From Candidatus Poribacteria bacterium (GTDB taxonomy: Bacteria; Poribacteria; WGA-4E; JAJDTR01): a stretch of DNA of 64,000 nt. Below, in pieces: positions 49,913 to 60,088 of the stretch (positions are counted from its first letter, which is position 1; every line of letters begins with the position of its first letter). The translations under genes and the position numbers were made by a program. The DNA lies in assembly GCA_965232235.1 (NCBI GenBank), contig OZ246960.1, positions 3,405,397-3,469,396 on the forward strand, given 5' to 3'. The notes below the pieces were generated by a model. It saw only the letters and a list, made by a program, of their open reading frames with translations. It was not told the DNA's origin and searched no databases.

Positions 49913-52117
49913 TTATCGTATTACCGCCATCTTTCCAAACTCATGGACATGCTGCTCATTGCGGGAAGCGGAGAGGACGTAGAGATACACTCCGGTTGCA
50001 ACTGAGCGGTTTCGATTGGATTCAAGATCCCAAACGAAGCGACCGGAGCCTATCACATCACGCAGCAGGTCTGAGTGAACCACATCGCCGGCAGGTGTAA
50101 ACACGTCCAGTTCTATTTCGTCGACAAGTTGAAAGTCCGGAATTGTGAAATCGAACGTTATTTGCGTTTCTCCAAGCGGAAGCGGGTTTGGGAAGACGCG
50201 AACTCGAGAGACTTGTAGTTCGCCGGATCCTATCTTCCCTTCACGAACGGTCAGATGATAGGAGTCTAGGGCGTTGAATCCAACTCGTGATTCGACAAGA
50301 ATGAACAACGGTTCGGCTTTGACCGGGCGGAACACGATGTGCTGGTTGGTAAGCTCCGTGGTTACTCCATCAATGATCTTTCGTCCTGACGAGTCGAGCA
50401 GAGACAGTCGATATTCGACATCATGAGGAATGTCGGTCAGCGTAATGATGATAGCGTTTCCGATGGCCGCATCAAGACGGTAAAAATCGCGCCTATCGTC
50501 CACATTGAACAGGAAGGACTCGTACCGTTGGTTGAGTTCGATAGGATATGCGATTTCAGGATAGTCGTTAGGTTCGTATGTGTCTCCGAATGAGACCAAT
50601 AGCGGGATTAATGGTCCTTCTGCACCTATGTTGGTTATTGAAATCCCGGTGGGCGTTCCATCGTTCGCGTTGCTGTTTGGACGGCTCGCAGGGGTGAAGG
50701 ATATCTGGTTGTCATTTACGGAGTATGCGGCTCCATCGGTAATAAATCGGATATCGATCTGATCCGGATTCTTTGGATTTACGCCGCGGTGATTCGGGTC
50801 GTTCGGATCTTCCAGCGAGATTTGCCCGGCTGCATCGAAGTGGGCTGTCTGCGGACGGAACACAGTTTCGTCAATATGCCAGATCAGAATCCCGGATTCA
50901 GGCAGGTGTGTATCATACATGGCGCCGGATACCCGATTTCGGTTCTCAATAAGGAAGAATTCGGTGATTTTACCCGATCTGTCCACGTTACCAGGAATGT
51001 CGATTTTGAAAAGCACATTATGGGCTGGCGGCAATTCAAAACTCGGAATGGACAATTGCGCCCCAGTTTCCTCGACCTCCACCGGTTCGATCCAACCGCG
51101 CCGCCCGTTTTCCGGACGAGCGTCGAAGTCCCATTTGAGATAACCAATAATGTGACTGGGATTCAACCCGTTTCCGATACCGTCGGTCAAATCGCCCTGA
51201 TAAGGACCAGCAAAGCCCATTAATCCCCATTTGTGATCGTTGGCATCGGTGAAAGGTGTACCGTATACATCGGGCGCGCCGAAATCGTGGAAGAATTCGT
51301 GAAAATATATTCCCAGGTGGGGTTTGGTGAAACTCGGTTCTTCTGCTACGATCGCGGCGCTTTCAATTCGTACGCCATCAAGAACGGTGTTGACATCTCG
51401 CACGAGTATTGACCAGATGTCGCCCGGCTTCAAGGTCGAGGCTTCATCGTCTCCGGCGTGGATGATGAAAACGTGGTCGACAACGCCGTCATTATCCCGG
51501 TCATATTGAGAGAAATCGACGATAGCATCGACCGCAATGCACGCTTCACGTGTAAGCTCTCTGCACTGCACCTCGCTTATTCGTCCCTCTCCGTAATACG
51601 TCATCGGCTTTGCCGCGCGAACCCAGCTGTCACCTGTCGGAATGACTCCGCCCGCGGGTCCAGGCTGAATGTTCATCTGTCCGTAGGAGACTTCGTCATA
51701 GTAGGTTTTTAGAGAGACCTCGTCCTCGCCCAAAAGGAAGCCGTTTATCTCGGCACCAGTGCGACTTCCCGGCCGATCAGAGAAATCTACCTTTATACCG
51801 AGAACGTACTCGACACCGTCCGCCTGCGGCGCTGCACGTTCACGGACAAAACAACAACCTTCAAGAGCGCGTCGAAACTCCCTCTCACTTTCCGGCAACT
51901 TCGATCTAAACTCTCCGGTAACGGGATTCATGTCGAAAAAGAGATGTGGATTGGGCGGGGCGGCATGGCAGATGGCGATGAGACCTAAAGAGAGCGGTAT
52001 GTACAGGAAGAACGAAAAGGGCAAATAAATAGTGCGCGTTCGCCAACACGGGCACGATTGGCTCTTGGGTCGTCCAGCGTGTGCACCTTTCAATATGCTT
52101 ATGCTCCAGCCTTCCAA
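49913..52117 (-). CDS. M6 (immune inhibitor A) family metalloprotease with PPC-like and C-terminal FlgD/CTD-like domain
   Basis: YYDEVSYG, DFSQYD.D.DG.VD, HAG, HEFFHDFGAPD, WGLM, FLIENR, GILIWHID, DTYEPND, and C-terminal VFPNP...WD...ATGVYLY. True start probably downstream of 52117. Confidence 0.88.
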   Translation of the reverse strand: MEGWSISILKGAHAGRPKSQSCPCWRTRTIYLPFSFFLYIPLSLGLIAICHAAPPNPHLFFDMNPVTGEFRSKLPESEREFRRALEGCCFVRERAAPQADGVEYVLGIKVDFSDRPGSRTGAEINGFLLGEDEVSLKTYYDEVSYGQMNIQPGPAGGVIPTGDSWVRAAKPMTYYGEGRISEVQCRELTREACIAVDAIVDFSQYDRDNDGVVDHVFIIHAGDDEASTLKPGDIWSILVRDVNTVLDGVRIESAAIVAEEPSFTKPHLGIYFHEFFHDFGAPDVYGTPFTDANDHKWGLMGFAGPYQGDLTDGIGNGLNPSHIIGYLKWDFDARPENGRRGWIEPVEVEETGAQLSIPSFELPPAHNVLFKIDIPGNVDRSGKITEFFLIENRNRVSGAMYDTHLPESGILIWHIDETVFRPQTAHFDAAGQISLEDPNDPNHRGVNPKNPDQIDIRFITDGAAYSVNDNQISFTPASRPNSNANDGTPTGISITNIGAEGPLIPLLVSFGDTYEPNDYPEIAYPIELNQRYESFLFNVDDRRDFYRLDAAIGNAIIITLTDIPHDVEYRLSLLDSSGRKIIDGVTTELTNQHIVFRPVKAEPLFILVESRVGFNALDSYHLTVREGKIGSGELQVSRVRVFPNPLPLGETQITFDFTIPDFQLVDEIELDVFTPAGDVVHSDLLRDVIGSGRFVWDLESNRNRSVATGVYLYVLSASRNEQHVHEFGKMAVIR

Positions 52118-52503
52118 GTATTTACCCTCGCTAGGGGAATTTTTTAATTGGCGCGTAAAATCGAAAACTTCAACGTAAATTGAGGACTCAATGATGACAG
52201 GTCATCCTGCATGGCTTTTCAAATGCCGGTTAGACACGCCGGTTGCAGGTTTCAATTCATTCTAATCAGTTACCGGTTCTGTGTCAATATGATAGTTTTC
52301 ATCTGATGCGGAGTGTAAACGAAATCCTGACGGTGCGGTAAATCGTTTCAGTTTAACCGACGCACAAGCGAATGATAAGTTCTCATTTTGCTTGCAATCG
52401 CATCTCGCATTCTGCAATAATTACGCGACTTTCGTACAATAACACAGTTGCACTCGTATTGATCCCGGTTTTTTGAAAGGTTGTCTCTCCGAAAGAGTAG
52501 ATC

Positions 52504-53274
52504 ATGTTCACTTACGACTATCACATTCACACCAGACTTTCCCCGCACACTGATAAGCATCTTAGCATTGACAAGATTATCCAGATTCAACAAAACCGCG
52601 GGATGGAAGAAATTGGGATTACCGATCACGACTTCAGCTATGGCTCGCGAACCAAAAACATTGATCGGGCGCGCAATGCCATTGATGAGTGTGAGTCGTC
52701 AATCTCCGTCCGATTGGGGGCAGAATCGCACATGCTCGAATACCGGGTGCCGTCAATCGATATTCGCTTCGCGGCGTACTTCGATTATATCTTGATGGCG
52801 CCAAATCATTACCATTTTCGCGGTGTGGCGCGTCCGACTCATCTGCTGGACCCAAAGAAGGTTGCCGTGCACGAGCTATATATGTTTGAAGCGGCGATTG
52901 CGTGTCCGATAACTGATGTCGTAGTGCATCCGTTTGTCCTGTCGCCCGAGGTTTTTGGCTTTTCCAAAGAAGAATTCTCAGCCTTCGGGAACGAAATGAT
53001 GGAGCAAATCGAGCAGAAGCGACTGATAAACTTACTCGATATGGCATCACAGCGCGGGATTGGTATTGAGATTAGCCCGAGGTTCATCAAATACAATCAG
53101 CGGCATCTCGTCGAGTTCTACCAGATGTGTTTGGAACGGGAAGTGAAGTTGATGATCGGCAGCGATGCGCACAACGCCGAGCAGTTGGAGGAGTTAACGT
53201 TGCTTGAACCCGTGCTTGAGGCGTTGGGGGTTGTGGAGGAGCAGTTGTGGCGACCGAGGGAATGGCAGTGGTAA
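52504..53274 (+). CDS. PHP-domain phosphoesterase
   Basis: DYHIHT, ITDH, HP, GSDAH. Confidence 0.9.
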   Translation: MFTYDYHIHTRLSPHTDKHLSIDKIIQIQQNRGMEEIGITDHDFSYGSRTKNIDRARNAIDECESSISVRLGAESHMLEYRVPSIDIRFAAYFDYILMAPNHYHFRGVARPTHLLDPKKVAVHELYMFEAAIACPITDVVVHPFVLSPEVFGFSKEEFSAFGNEMMEQIEQKRLINLLDMASQRGIGIEISPRFIKYNQRHLVEFYQMCLEREVKLMIGSDAHNAEQLEELTLLEPVLEALGVVEEQLWRPREWQW

Positions 53275-53397
53275 AGGTATAACCCGGAAGGTAGAGGTGA
53301 ACGAAATTCGCCGACTTGTAAAATATCGTCGAAAGCCTTTAAACGAACCACGGAACCCATCGTCAAATTTGATTGTAACTGCGCACCTAGGAAAAAT

Positions 53398-54507
53398 ATG
53401 GCTATTAATGAAGACATATATTCACTGAAGCACTTTCGAGACCAATTGAAACCACACGGGATTGAAGTTTGGAATTCCTCTGAATCGTTACCAGAGGAAG
53501 TCCTTCAGCAACTTGTCCTAAGCGATGAAGATTTCGTTTCCGATCAACCGCGTGCTGAGGAATTACATCCTTCTAGACAGATTAGCGACCAATGTAAGTT
53601 GCCCGAGGGAACTCCTGAAATCCGAATCTCCCATTTTGTTGACGGTTCACCACGCACTGTCAATACCGGTTTTCTCTTGGGAGCAGATGGTATCTCTTAT
53701 CCTGTCGCATTAGCACACGTCGGAGCGGCGTCAGTCACTTTTGACAATAGGCGATGGCGTGAAACAGGTTTTGAAGAGAAACATCTAATATTGTTAGCTT
53801 ACAAAGGCATGGGAATTGATATCCAAGTCAGCGGAAAATGGAATCTTGAAGATCCCACCGACCAACGTGGTGGACGGACAATTAATGTCACGGATACCGT
53901 TGAAATGCGTGGTGCCGCAGTCAGAAGGACACGGCGAAGAATGAGAAACTGTGAGAAACAATTGGTCAACGCATTAGCGGAGGATTTTGCTGAGGAATGG
54001 ATTGCAATTGATGGAACTCTTTTTGAAATTGAAGGATATTCAGATTTAAAGAATTTTAGAGTCATTGGGATTAGCAAATCTTTTACGCTCGATCCTATCG
54101 TAATGAAGCGGGCCATCCCAGAACGCGTAGGTCATCTTATTAAAATCTTGACTGATATACCAGTAGGGTCACGTAGTCCCGTCTATCAACTTACGCCGGA
54201 AATAAACCGTCCGGAAAAGTATACTTACATGTGGTTTGTGAGAATTCACGACGCTAGGCAAAATCCTATAAGTGGAATTGTCAAAATAGAATTACCTCCC
54301 TCCGAATGCTATTTAGACTTTGACCGAAGGGAGCGCACCATAGACGCGATAAGTCACAAATTGTTTCGGCTTCGTTACCCTTATCTGTATGATAATAGGC
54401 GGGGCGAATCATTCCTCTATCCAATTTACGTTGCCGAATCGCTGATGAAAAGTAAGTTGAATTCCGTAGAAAAAATAAGAGGTATTTGGGAATCGAGCCA
54501 ATATTGA
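53398..54507 (+). CDS. nurA: NurA-like nuclease (RNase H fold)
   Basis: FVDGS, IAIDGTL, IGISKS, WFVRI, PIYVAE..MKS. Directly upstream of a HerA-like ATPase. Confidence 0.75.
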   Translation: MAINEDIYSLKHFRDQLKPHGIEVWNSSESLPEEVLQQLVLSDEDFVSDQPRAEELHPSRQISDQCKLPEGTPEIRISHFVDGSPRTVNTGFLLGADGISYPVALAHVGAASVTFDNRRWRETGFEEKHLILLAYKGMGIDIQVSGKWNLEDPTDQRGGRTINVTDTVEMRGAAVRRTRRRMRNCEKQLVNALAEDFAEEWIAIDGTLFEIEGYSDLKNFRVIGISKSFTLDPIVMKRAIPERVGHLIKILTDIPVGSRSPVYQLTPEINRPEKYTYMWFVRIHDARQNPISGIVKIELPPSECYLDFDRRERTIDAISHKLFRLRYPYLYDNRRGESFLYPIYVAESLMKSKLNSVEKIRGIWESSQY

Positions 54508-54518
54508 GGAGGAATAGG

Positions 54519-56243
54519 GTGAATCAATCAGTAATTGGAAGAGTCGCCGCTACGAAATTGCAAGGCAACAACAGCCGTGAATTCTACTTTTGGATTGAGC
54601 CTGAGACACAAATCAACCCTTTAGATTTGATTGTGGTTAGAGAGGAGATTACGGTAGGACAACCTGAATCTATTCCACGAGATGTTTATGCCCAGATTTT
54701 GGATATCACAAGTTACACTGATGCCGAGAGCTTCCTAGAGGTATTCGCCTCGACAGACTTTGGGAACGTCAATGTTGAGAGCGATATGGACCGCATTGCA
54801 TACAATGTCGCAAAGGCGCAGGTACTCGGTACATCAGGTAGTGTCCGAATGCCCGTCCAGTTCAACAGTTCTGTTTTCCTTGCCGACGAAGCTGCGATAA
54901 TGAGACTGTTGAAGGTAGAGGAATTAGATGTAACATACAGGTTACCGATAGGATATATTGAGCAATCGGACGGTGTTAAAGTGCCTGTCTGTATGGATGC
55001 GAGGTGGTTGACAGGCCCTGATGGGGCACACCTAAATGTATCCGGCAAGACGCGTTTAGCGGCAAAGACTTCCTATGTGCTGTTTCTCGTTTCGTCAATC
55101 CTTCAAACACAGAATGATACGGCAGTTATCATTTTCAACGTTAAAGGAAGTGATTTGCTACAGATTCATCAACCCAATAATCTACTTGCCGCAGATGTTT
55201 CTCCAGATGCTTTGGATAGTGGGCGAAAACAAAAGCTAGACGAACTAATACAGGCATGGGAGTCCATGGACTTGAAGGCCATGCCATTTGATGAAAACAA
55301 GGTGCGCTACTTTCTTCCGGCCCATAGGCATAGCGTAGAGAGAATCAACGCAGATCGCATAAATCTTCCAACGGACTCAGATGTCATTACATCGCTACCC
55401 GATAACTACTATGTCTATCGCTACGGTCTTGATAACGTAAGAAGACGGATACGATTGTTACTGTCGAGTTTCAATTTAAGTGATGCTCAAGAGCAGTTCA
55501 TAAGTGCACTTGACAACGAAGATAATTCATACGCATTGACGGCTCGCAACTTTCGCACTCTCAGTCAACAACTTGGTAACATAGGACAGAACGGAACATA
55601 CCTCAATGCCTTTTCCTCAACCGTCCGAGTCGTGAAGCGTTATATCGACACTGTTGCGAACAATAGGACAACTGGAGTGTTTGATTATGAAGCACACACC
55701 TTTGCAAGTGCTAAGTGGAGGCTCCCTTCAGACTTTATACAGAATTCGCTGGAAGCAGGGCAAACCTTGGTAGTTGACATTGCGCGTGTCAACGAGGCTG
55801 AACAGCAGTGGGTTTTTGGCGATGTCCTTACTGCTGTTGAGCGGTTGATGGAAGGTGATAGGGACAATAAGCCTAGGAAAGTTGCTATCTTCGTGGATGA
55901 ATTAAACAAATATGCCCCTTCAGGAGCGCATTCGCCGCTTACCATGGACCTGATTGATATTACGGGTAGGGGCGGTGGATTGGGCGTCATATTGTTCGGC
56001 GCAGAGCAATTTGCCTCAAGAATCCACCCGCAGGTCTACGGTAGTTGTGCGAACAAAGCTTTTGGTTTGACTGATGCGACGGAAGCAGGAACCGAGCCTT
56101 ACCGTGCATTCCCAAAAGAAATAAGAGATAGGCTCTCTGAACTGGAGCGTGGTGAGTTGTTAGTCAGCTCCGACTTCTTCGGACAGCCATTGCGAATTAA
56201 GTTTCCCCGTCCTGCCTGTCGCAAACAGGAAGACGCTGATTAG
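54519..56243 (+). CDS. herA: HerA-like ATPase with N-terminal HAS-barrel
   Basis: IGRV..T..F.FW barrel, HLNVSG....AKTSY variant Walker A, IFNVKG.DL, IFVDELNKYAP Walker B, GAEQ, L..GE. GAGGAGG RBS before GTG 54519. Confidence 0.85.
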   Translation: MNQSVIGRVAATKLQGNNSREFYFWIEPETQINPLDLIVVREEITVGQPESIPRDVYAQILDITSYTDAESFLEVFASTDFGNVNVESDMDRIAYNVAKAQVLGTSGSVRMPVQFNSSVFLADEAAIMRLLKVEELDVTYRLPIGYIEQSDGVKVPVCMDARWLTGPDGAHLNVSGKTRLAAKTSYVLFLVSSILQTQNDTAVIIFNVKGSDLLQIHQPNNLLAADVSPDALDSGRKQKLDELIQAWESMDLKAMPFDENKVRYFLPAHRHSVERINADRINLPTDSDVITSLPDNYYVYRYGLDNVRRRIRLLLSSFNLSDAQEQFISALDNEDNSYALTARNFRTLSQQLGNIGQNGTYLNAFSSTVRVVKRYIDTVANNRTTGVFDYEAHTFASAKWRLPSDFIQNSLEAGQTLVVDIARVNEAEQQWVFGDVLTAVERLMEGDRDNKPRKVAIFVDELNKYAPSGAHSPLTMDLIDITGRGGGLGVILFGAEQFASRIHPQVYGSCANKAFGLTDATEAGTEPYRAFPKEIRDRLSELERGELLVSSDFFGQPLRIKFPRPACRKQEDAD

Positions 56244-56303
56244 GAAGTTTATCTAGGTTTTATCAGGTGCATCCTATCCGACACAATTTATGAGAGGAAA
56301 GTT

Positions 56304-57455
56304 ATGCAAGAAGATAGCCTTGAAACTGATAAACAGAAGATGCTAGTATGCCGCTTAGAGGCCCGGTACTACGAAAAGTTTCTTCCGCTTGTATATTCAA
56401 GAAGCTACGCGAAACAATTTCTAAATCACAATTTAGACGATTTGCGGCTTTGGGAAAGTAGCAAGGATAAAATTGTCATATCTCTTCCGCCCCCGCCAAC
56501 AATCAAAGAAAATCCAGAAGCGAAACCTGAGCGTCTTGGCAGAGTCATTAAACGGCTGGCATGGTGCTATCAACAGCCGTTAAGCGGGAAGACAGCGATA
56601 GCGAAGGGAGTATTTAGGACGCTGTTATCGGCCACGGACAAAGTTGCTGTTGCGTTTAGTGGTGGTCAAGATAGTTTGGTCGCTCTGCACTTGGCTTTAC
56701 AAATCAAGCCGGATATACCTGTGATGCTTGTCAATACTGGAATCGAATTTCCGGAAACATTATCGTATGTTCGACAATTGGCCCAGGAGTGGGGGTTAAA
56801 CTTTTACGAAGCCAATGCACAAGTAAACTTTTGGAGACTCACTGAGGAACAAGGAATCCCAGTTGCGGGACGCGGCAATACAACGTTTATGCGAGAGTTG
56901 TCCGAGAAGGCCGGAGTGAAGTTGTCTAACTCATGTTGCCGACGGATGAAAGAAACGCCTGCGCGCCAGTTCTACACCGAACACAACATTGAAGGTACCG
57001 TGACAGGGCTACGTGTGTCCGAAAGTTTGATGCGAAAAATGAATTTCGCCGACTACGGTGCCTTGCGATATAGCAGCACCTACAAGACTCTTATCAGTTG
57101 GCCACTGTATGCTTGGAGAGACGAAGACATCGCTAACTATGTCAAGAAAAACAATCTTCCTTTAAACCCAATTTATGATATGGGGTATCAACGCGTAGGT
57201 TGTTGGCCATGCATGCAAGACATGTTCTACAAAGACTCTCGCTTGTTCACACTGCAAAAAGAACATCCGAACATGTATAAAACATTACGTAAGAAGTTCG
57301 GCAAACAGATGATGGATTTATTAAAGGTCTGGGCAGGGTTAGAGGAACGCAATCTCACGGAAAAGCACCTTGATGGACTTTATAGAGCTTGCGAGTTTGA
57401 GCGATTAGATGAGTATCGAAGAGAAAAACAGAAAGCCAAAAAAGTCACGTCATGA
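56304..57455 (+). CDS. PAPS reductase-family PP-loop protein
   Basis: VAFSGGQDS, NTGIEFPET, CC, GLRVSES..R, PL..W, NPIY..GY.RVGCWPC, and an N-terminal extension of about 90 aa. Confidence 0.88.
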   Translation: MQEDSLETDKQKMLVCRLEARYYEKFLPLVYSRSYAKQFLNHNLDDLRLWESSKDKIVISLPPPPTIKENPEAKPERLGRVIKRLAWCYQQPLSGKTAIAKGVFRTLLSATDKVAVAFSGGQDSLVALHLALQIKPDIPVMLVNTGIEFPETLSYVRQLAQEWGLNFYEANAQVNFWRLTEEQGIPVAGRGNTTFMRELSEKAGVKLSNSCCRRMKETPARQFYTEHNIEGTVTGLRVSESLMRKMNFADYGALRYSSTYKTLISWPLYAWRDEDIANYVKKNNLPLNPIYDMGYQRVGCWPCMQDMFYKDSRLFTLQKEHPNMYKTLRKKFGKQMMDLLKVWAGLEERNLTEKHLDGLYRACEFERLDEYRREKQKAKKVTS

Positions 57456-57673
57456 TTCGCTGTTACTTACGCAATCGGTTGACCGAAGCGCACCACAATA
57501 GATATTCAAGACCTTTCTCAGTGTCAAATATCCAAGTCCTATGATACCGTGCCGTTGTGATTTGAGGACATGTATTTTGACGGACAAAGGTCATCCACTA
57601 AAACACATGTATGGACTCTTCGTCGTAGCAAAAAGACTCAGACATATGATGTCGGATTATTCCCCAACAGACG

Positions 57674-58588
57674 TCAATAACTCCAAACGTCGTGAAGTAT
57701 GAACGCATCAAAGGTCTTTATTTTCTGATGAAACCTTGGTTCATTGGCTACAATAGGCGGATCGAGGTAATATAGTGGCAGATCGCCAAATACATGACAA
57801 AAGACCAGATAGACGTCGGGTGAAAACGTTGAACTGATCCCGTGCGTTCCTTTTCGTTGAATGTCATTATGGTAAAGAGCAACATACTTAACTTGATGAA
57901 CCTCAAGAATCTTTGCCAGCACAAAACGGTCAACAAAAATAAGTTTCATTCTGTCCTTGCTTGAGGTTTTAATGGATAACAACGTATCTCTTGAATCTAT
58001 CTGAGAGCGGGAGGAGTGAAGCGATCCCGCCGTGCTCATAATAGCATCTAAGGGAACATTATAAGAGACGTTAATAGAAGGAGTTTTCATACTAAAGATA
58101 AAAGCATCATTAGCAATACCTAAGTCAGAGAGAAGGGATTTGACAAAATCCTCAAATCGCTGACCGAAGTTTTTTCTCGCTGCCTGCGAATCGGGAGACA
58201 AATCTAGAACACAACCTATTGACTGAACCACAGTATAGAGAAGTTTGACAATTGAATCTCCTTCGGCAAACTGTCTTAATTTTTGAGACAAAGAATCCAA
58301 ATCACCATGGGACTCCCGGAGTACGCTGACTAAATCCTCAAATTGATTCTTATATGAAATCAACTCACTAACGTCCTGTACAAAGAGGGTTTCGTTAATA
58401 GGTCGTAAATAACGAGACATTTGCCGCGAAAAGGGGAGAATATAATGCTGATATCGAGCACTACTTACGGGAATAGATTCAGTAGTTGACAAAATAGGTC
58501 GAAGACAGGCCATCCCCAGTTCAAGAAAATCCTTGAGAGACAGGATCTGCTGACACGCACGATCAATCAACTCATTCGTTTCTTTCAT
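57674..58588 (-). CDS. Putative type II restriction endonuclease (PD-(D/E)xK fold)
   Basis: G.RFE, PLD...LSIKTSSKDR. Overlaps the MTase end. AT-rich. Confidence 0.65.
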   Translation of the reverse strand: MKETNELIDRACQQILSLKDFLELGMACLRPILSTTESIPVSSARYQHYILPFSRQMSRYLRPINETLFVQDVSELISYKNQFEDLVSVLRESHGDLDSLSQKLRQFAEGDSIVKLLYTVVQSIGCVLDLSPDSQAARKNFGQRFEDFVKSLLSDLGIANDAFIFSMKTPSINVSYNVPLDAIMSTAGSLHSSRSQIDSRDTLLSIKTSSKDRMKLIFVDRFVLAKILEVHQVKYVALYHNDIQRKGTHGISSTFSPDVYLVFCHVFGDLPLYYLDPPIVANEPRFHQKIKTFDAFILHDVWSY

Positions 58589-59525
58589 GAATAAATGCTA
58601 ACTGTTCTTCAACTCCTTCCTCGTCATCTATACTGGTGGCGTTTCGCAGTTTTTCACGCCGCTGCGTAAGTTCTTTCTCATTCATAGTCACTCTATCTGA
58701 AGTAAACTGCTCAGGATGTTCTAGCCGTTCCTTAATGATACTGCAATAGTTCTCATCAATTTCACTGCCAAGCCATCTGCGGTTATATTTCTCACAAATT
58801 ACATATGTTGTTCCTGACCCACCAAACGGGTCTATGACCAAATCACCATCATTACTTGAGGCTAAGATGTATTTTCGGATTAGCTCTAGCGGCTTTTGAG
58901 TAGGGTGGGTGGTTTTTTCATTGGTTGTGTTACAAAGAGTTGGCATCTCAATGACATCTCTAGGTTTCGCACCCAGAGGATTTGGGGTCCAAATATATTT
59001 CTTACCATTTCCATATTGGGATGTTAGTGCTTGTGGATGTTCACGATATTTTAACGTATGATTGTTATAAGGGATACGAACAGCATCAATGTTAAAAGTG
59101 AATTCCCGGTTTTTACGCAGATGCAGAATACTTTCGTGGGAGCGCCCCCAATCTTTGCCTAGGTTGGCTTTATTACGATAAAACCAAGTCAACCATTTGC
59201 AGCCTGCAAACATTGGAGATACTGCTACTTTAATGTGGGCAAGTATCTCGGGGAATCCCATTATATACATCGTCCCTCTATCAGACAAAACTCTATGAGC
59301 TTCCTGAATCCACTCCATACACCAGTGTACATAGCACTGCTGAGACTCAAAAGTGTCCCATTCAGCTTTTTTGATGTTGTAGGGCGGATCAGCGAATAAC
59401 ATCTCAGCTTCACCACTCGGACAAGTTTTGAGCCATGAGGTGCAATCTTCTTGGTATAGCCTCCCAAGCTTCGTTTCAAAGAAACATTCTGTCCTTAACA
59501 TATTTTTCGGTCCCACTCTACTCAA
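58572..59525 (-). CDS. DNA amino-methyltransferase (N6A/N4C, beta class)
   Basis: ADPPYN precedes HPTQKP and DPFGGSGTT. Confidence 0.95.
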   Translation of the reverse strand: MSRVGPKNMLRTECFFETKLGRLYQEDCTSWLKTCPSGEAEMLFADPPYNIKKAEWDTFESQQCYVHWCMEWIQEAHRVLSDRGTMYIMGFPEILAHIKVAVSPMFAGCKWLTWFYRNKANLGKDWGRSHESILHLRKNREFTFNIDAVRIPYNNHTLKYREHPQALTSQYGNGKKYIWTPNPLGAKPRDVIEMPTLCNTTNEKTTHPTQKPLELIRKYILASSNDGDLVIDPFGGSGTTYVICEKYNRRWLGSEIDENYCSIIKERLEHPEQFTSDRVTMNEKELTQRREKLRNATSIDDEEGVEEQLAFIHERNE

Positions 59526-60088
59526 TTAGGTTATCTAGTCAAGAATCGTTGTTGTTAATCAACCCAAAGTGGTATTTCGCGTTCTCAACTTCCCTGGTTA
59601 TGTTTTCTAAACCATTTGGTCTACCATTTTTTATTGGCGTTTACCAAGATTTTTTCTTGAGAATGATTCGTCCTTTAGGACTCATGGCGCATCTTTGCCA
59701 TGTTTTCGTACCGGAATCAAATAACTTGCTGCAGCGACTAGAATTTTACCTCACATTGGCAGAAGTGTCAACATTCACGATTAATTGATTACGTAAGGTT
59801 TCGCAGAAAAAGTAAACTCCGGGCATTACCCATCCTAAATTTCATTGTGCTGAATAACTTGACTCACATGATGTGCTATTGAGCGTGACACAAAACGGCG
59901 GCATTTACCCCAACGCTGTCAACGAACGCGACATCTCGAAAATGACTTCCATCCTGACCCAAACAGTGGGGGCGATTCAGTGAGGCCCTATGTGAATTCC
60001 CCCCAATCCATCGGTAGCTCCTGCATCTAATTTCTTGCATTGCATTGCCCTTATTTCTCGCAATCGCGAGCGATGTGACAAGCCTATC

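Noticed and set aside
56304-57455. cysH or dndC assignment
   Set aside because: No cysDN/cysIJ or dndBDE neighbours, and the motifs support only the family.
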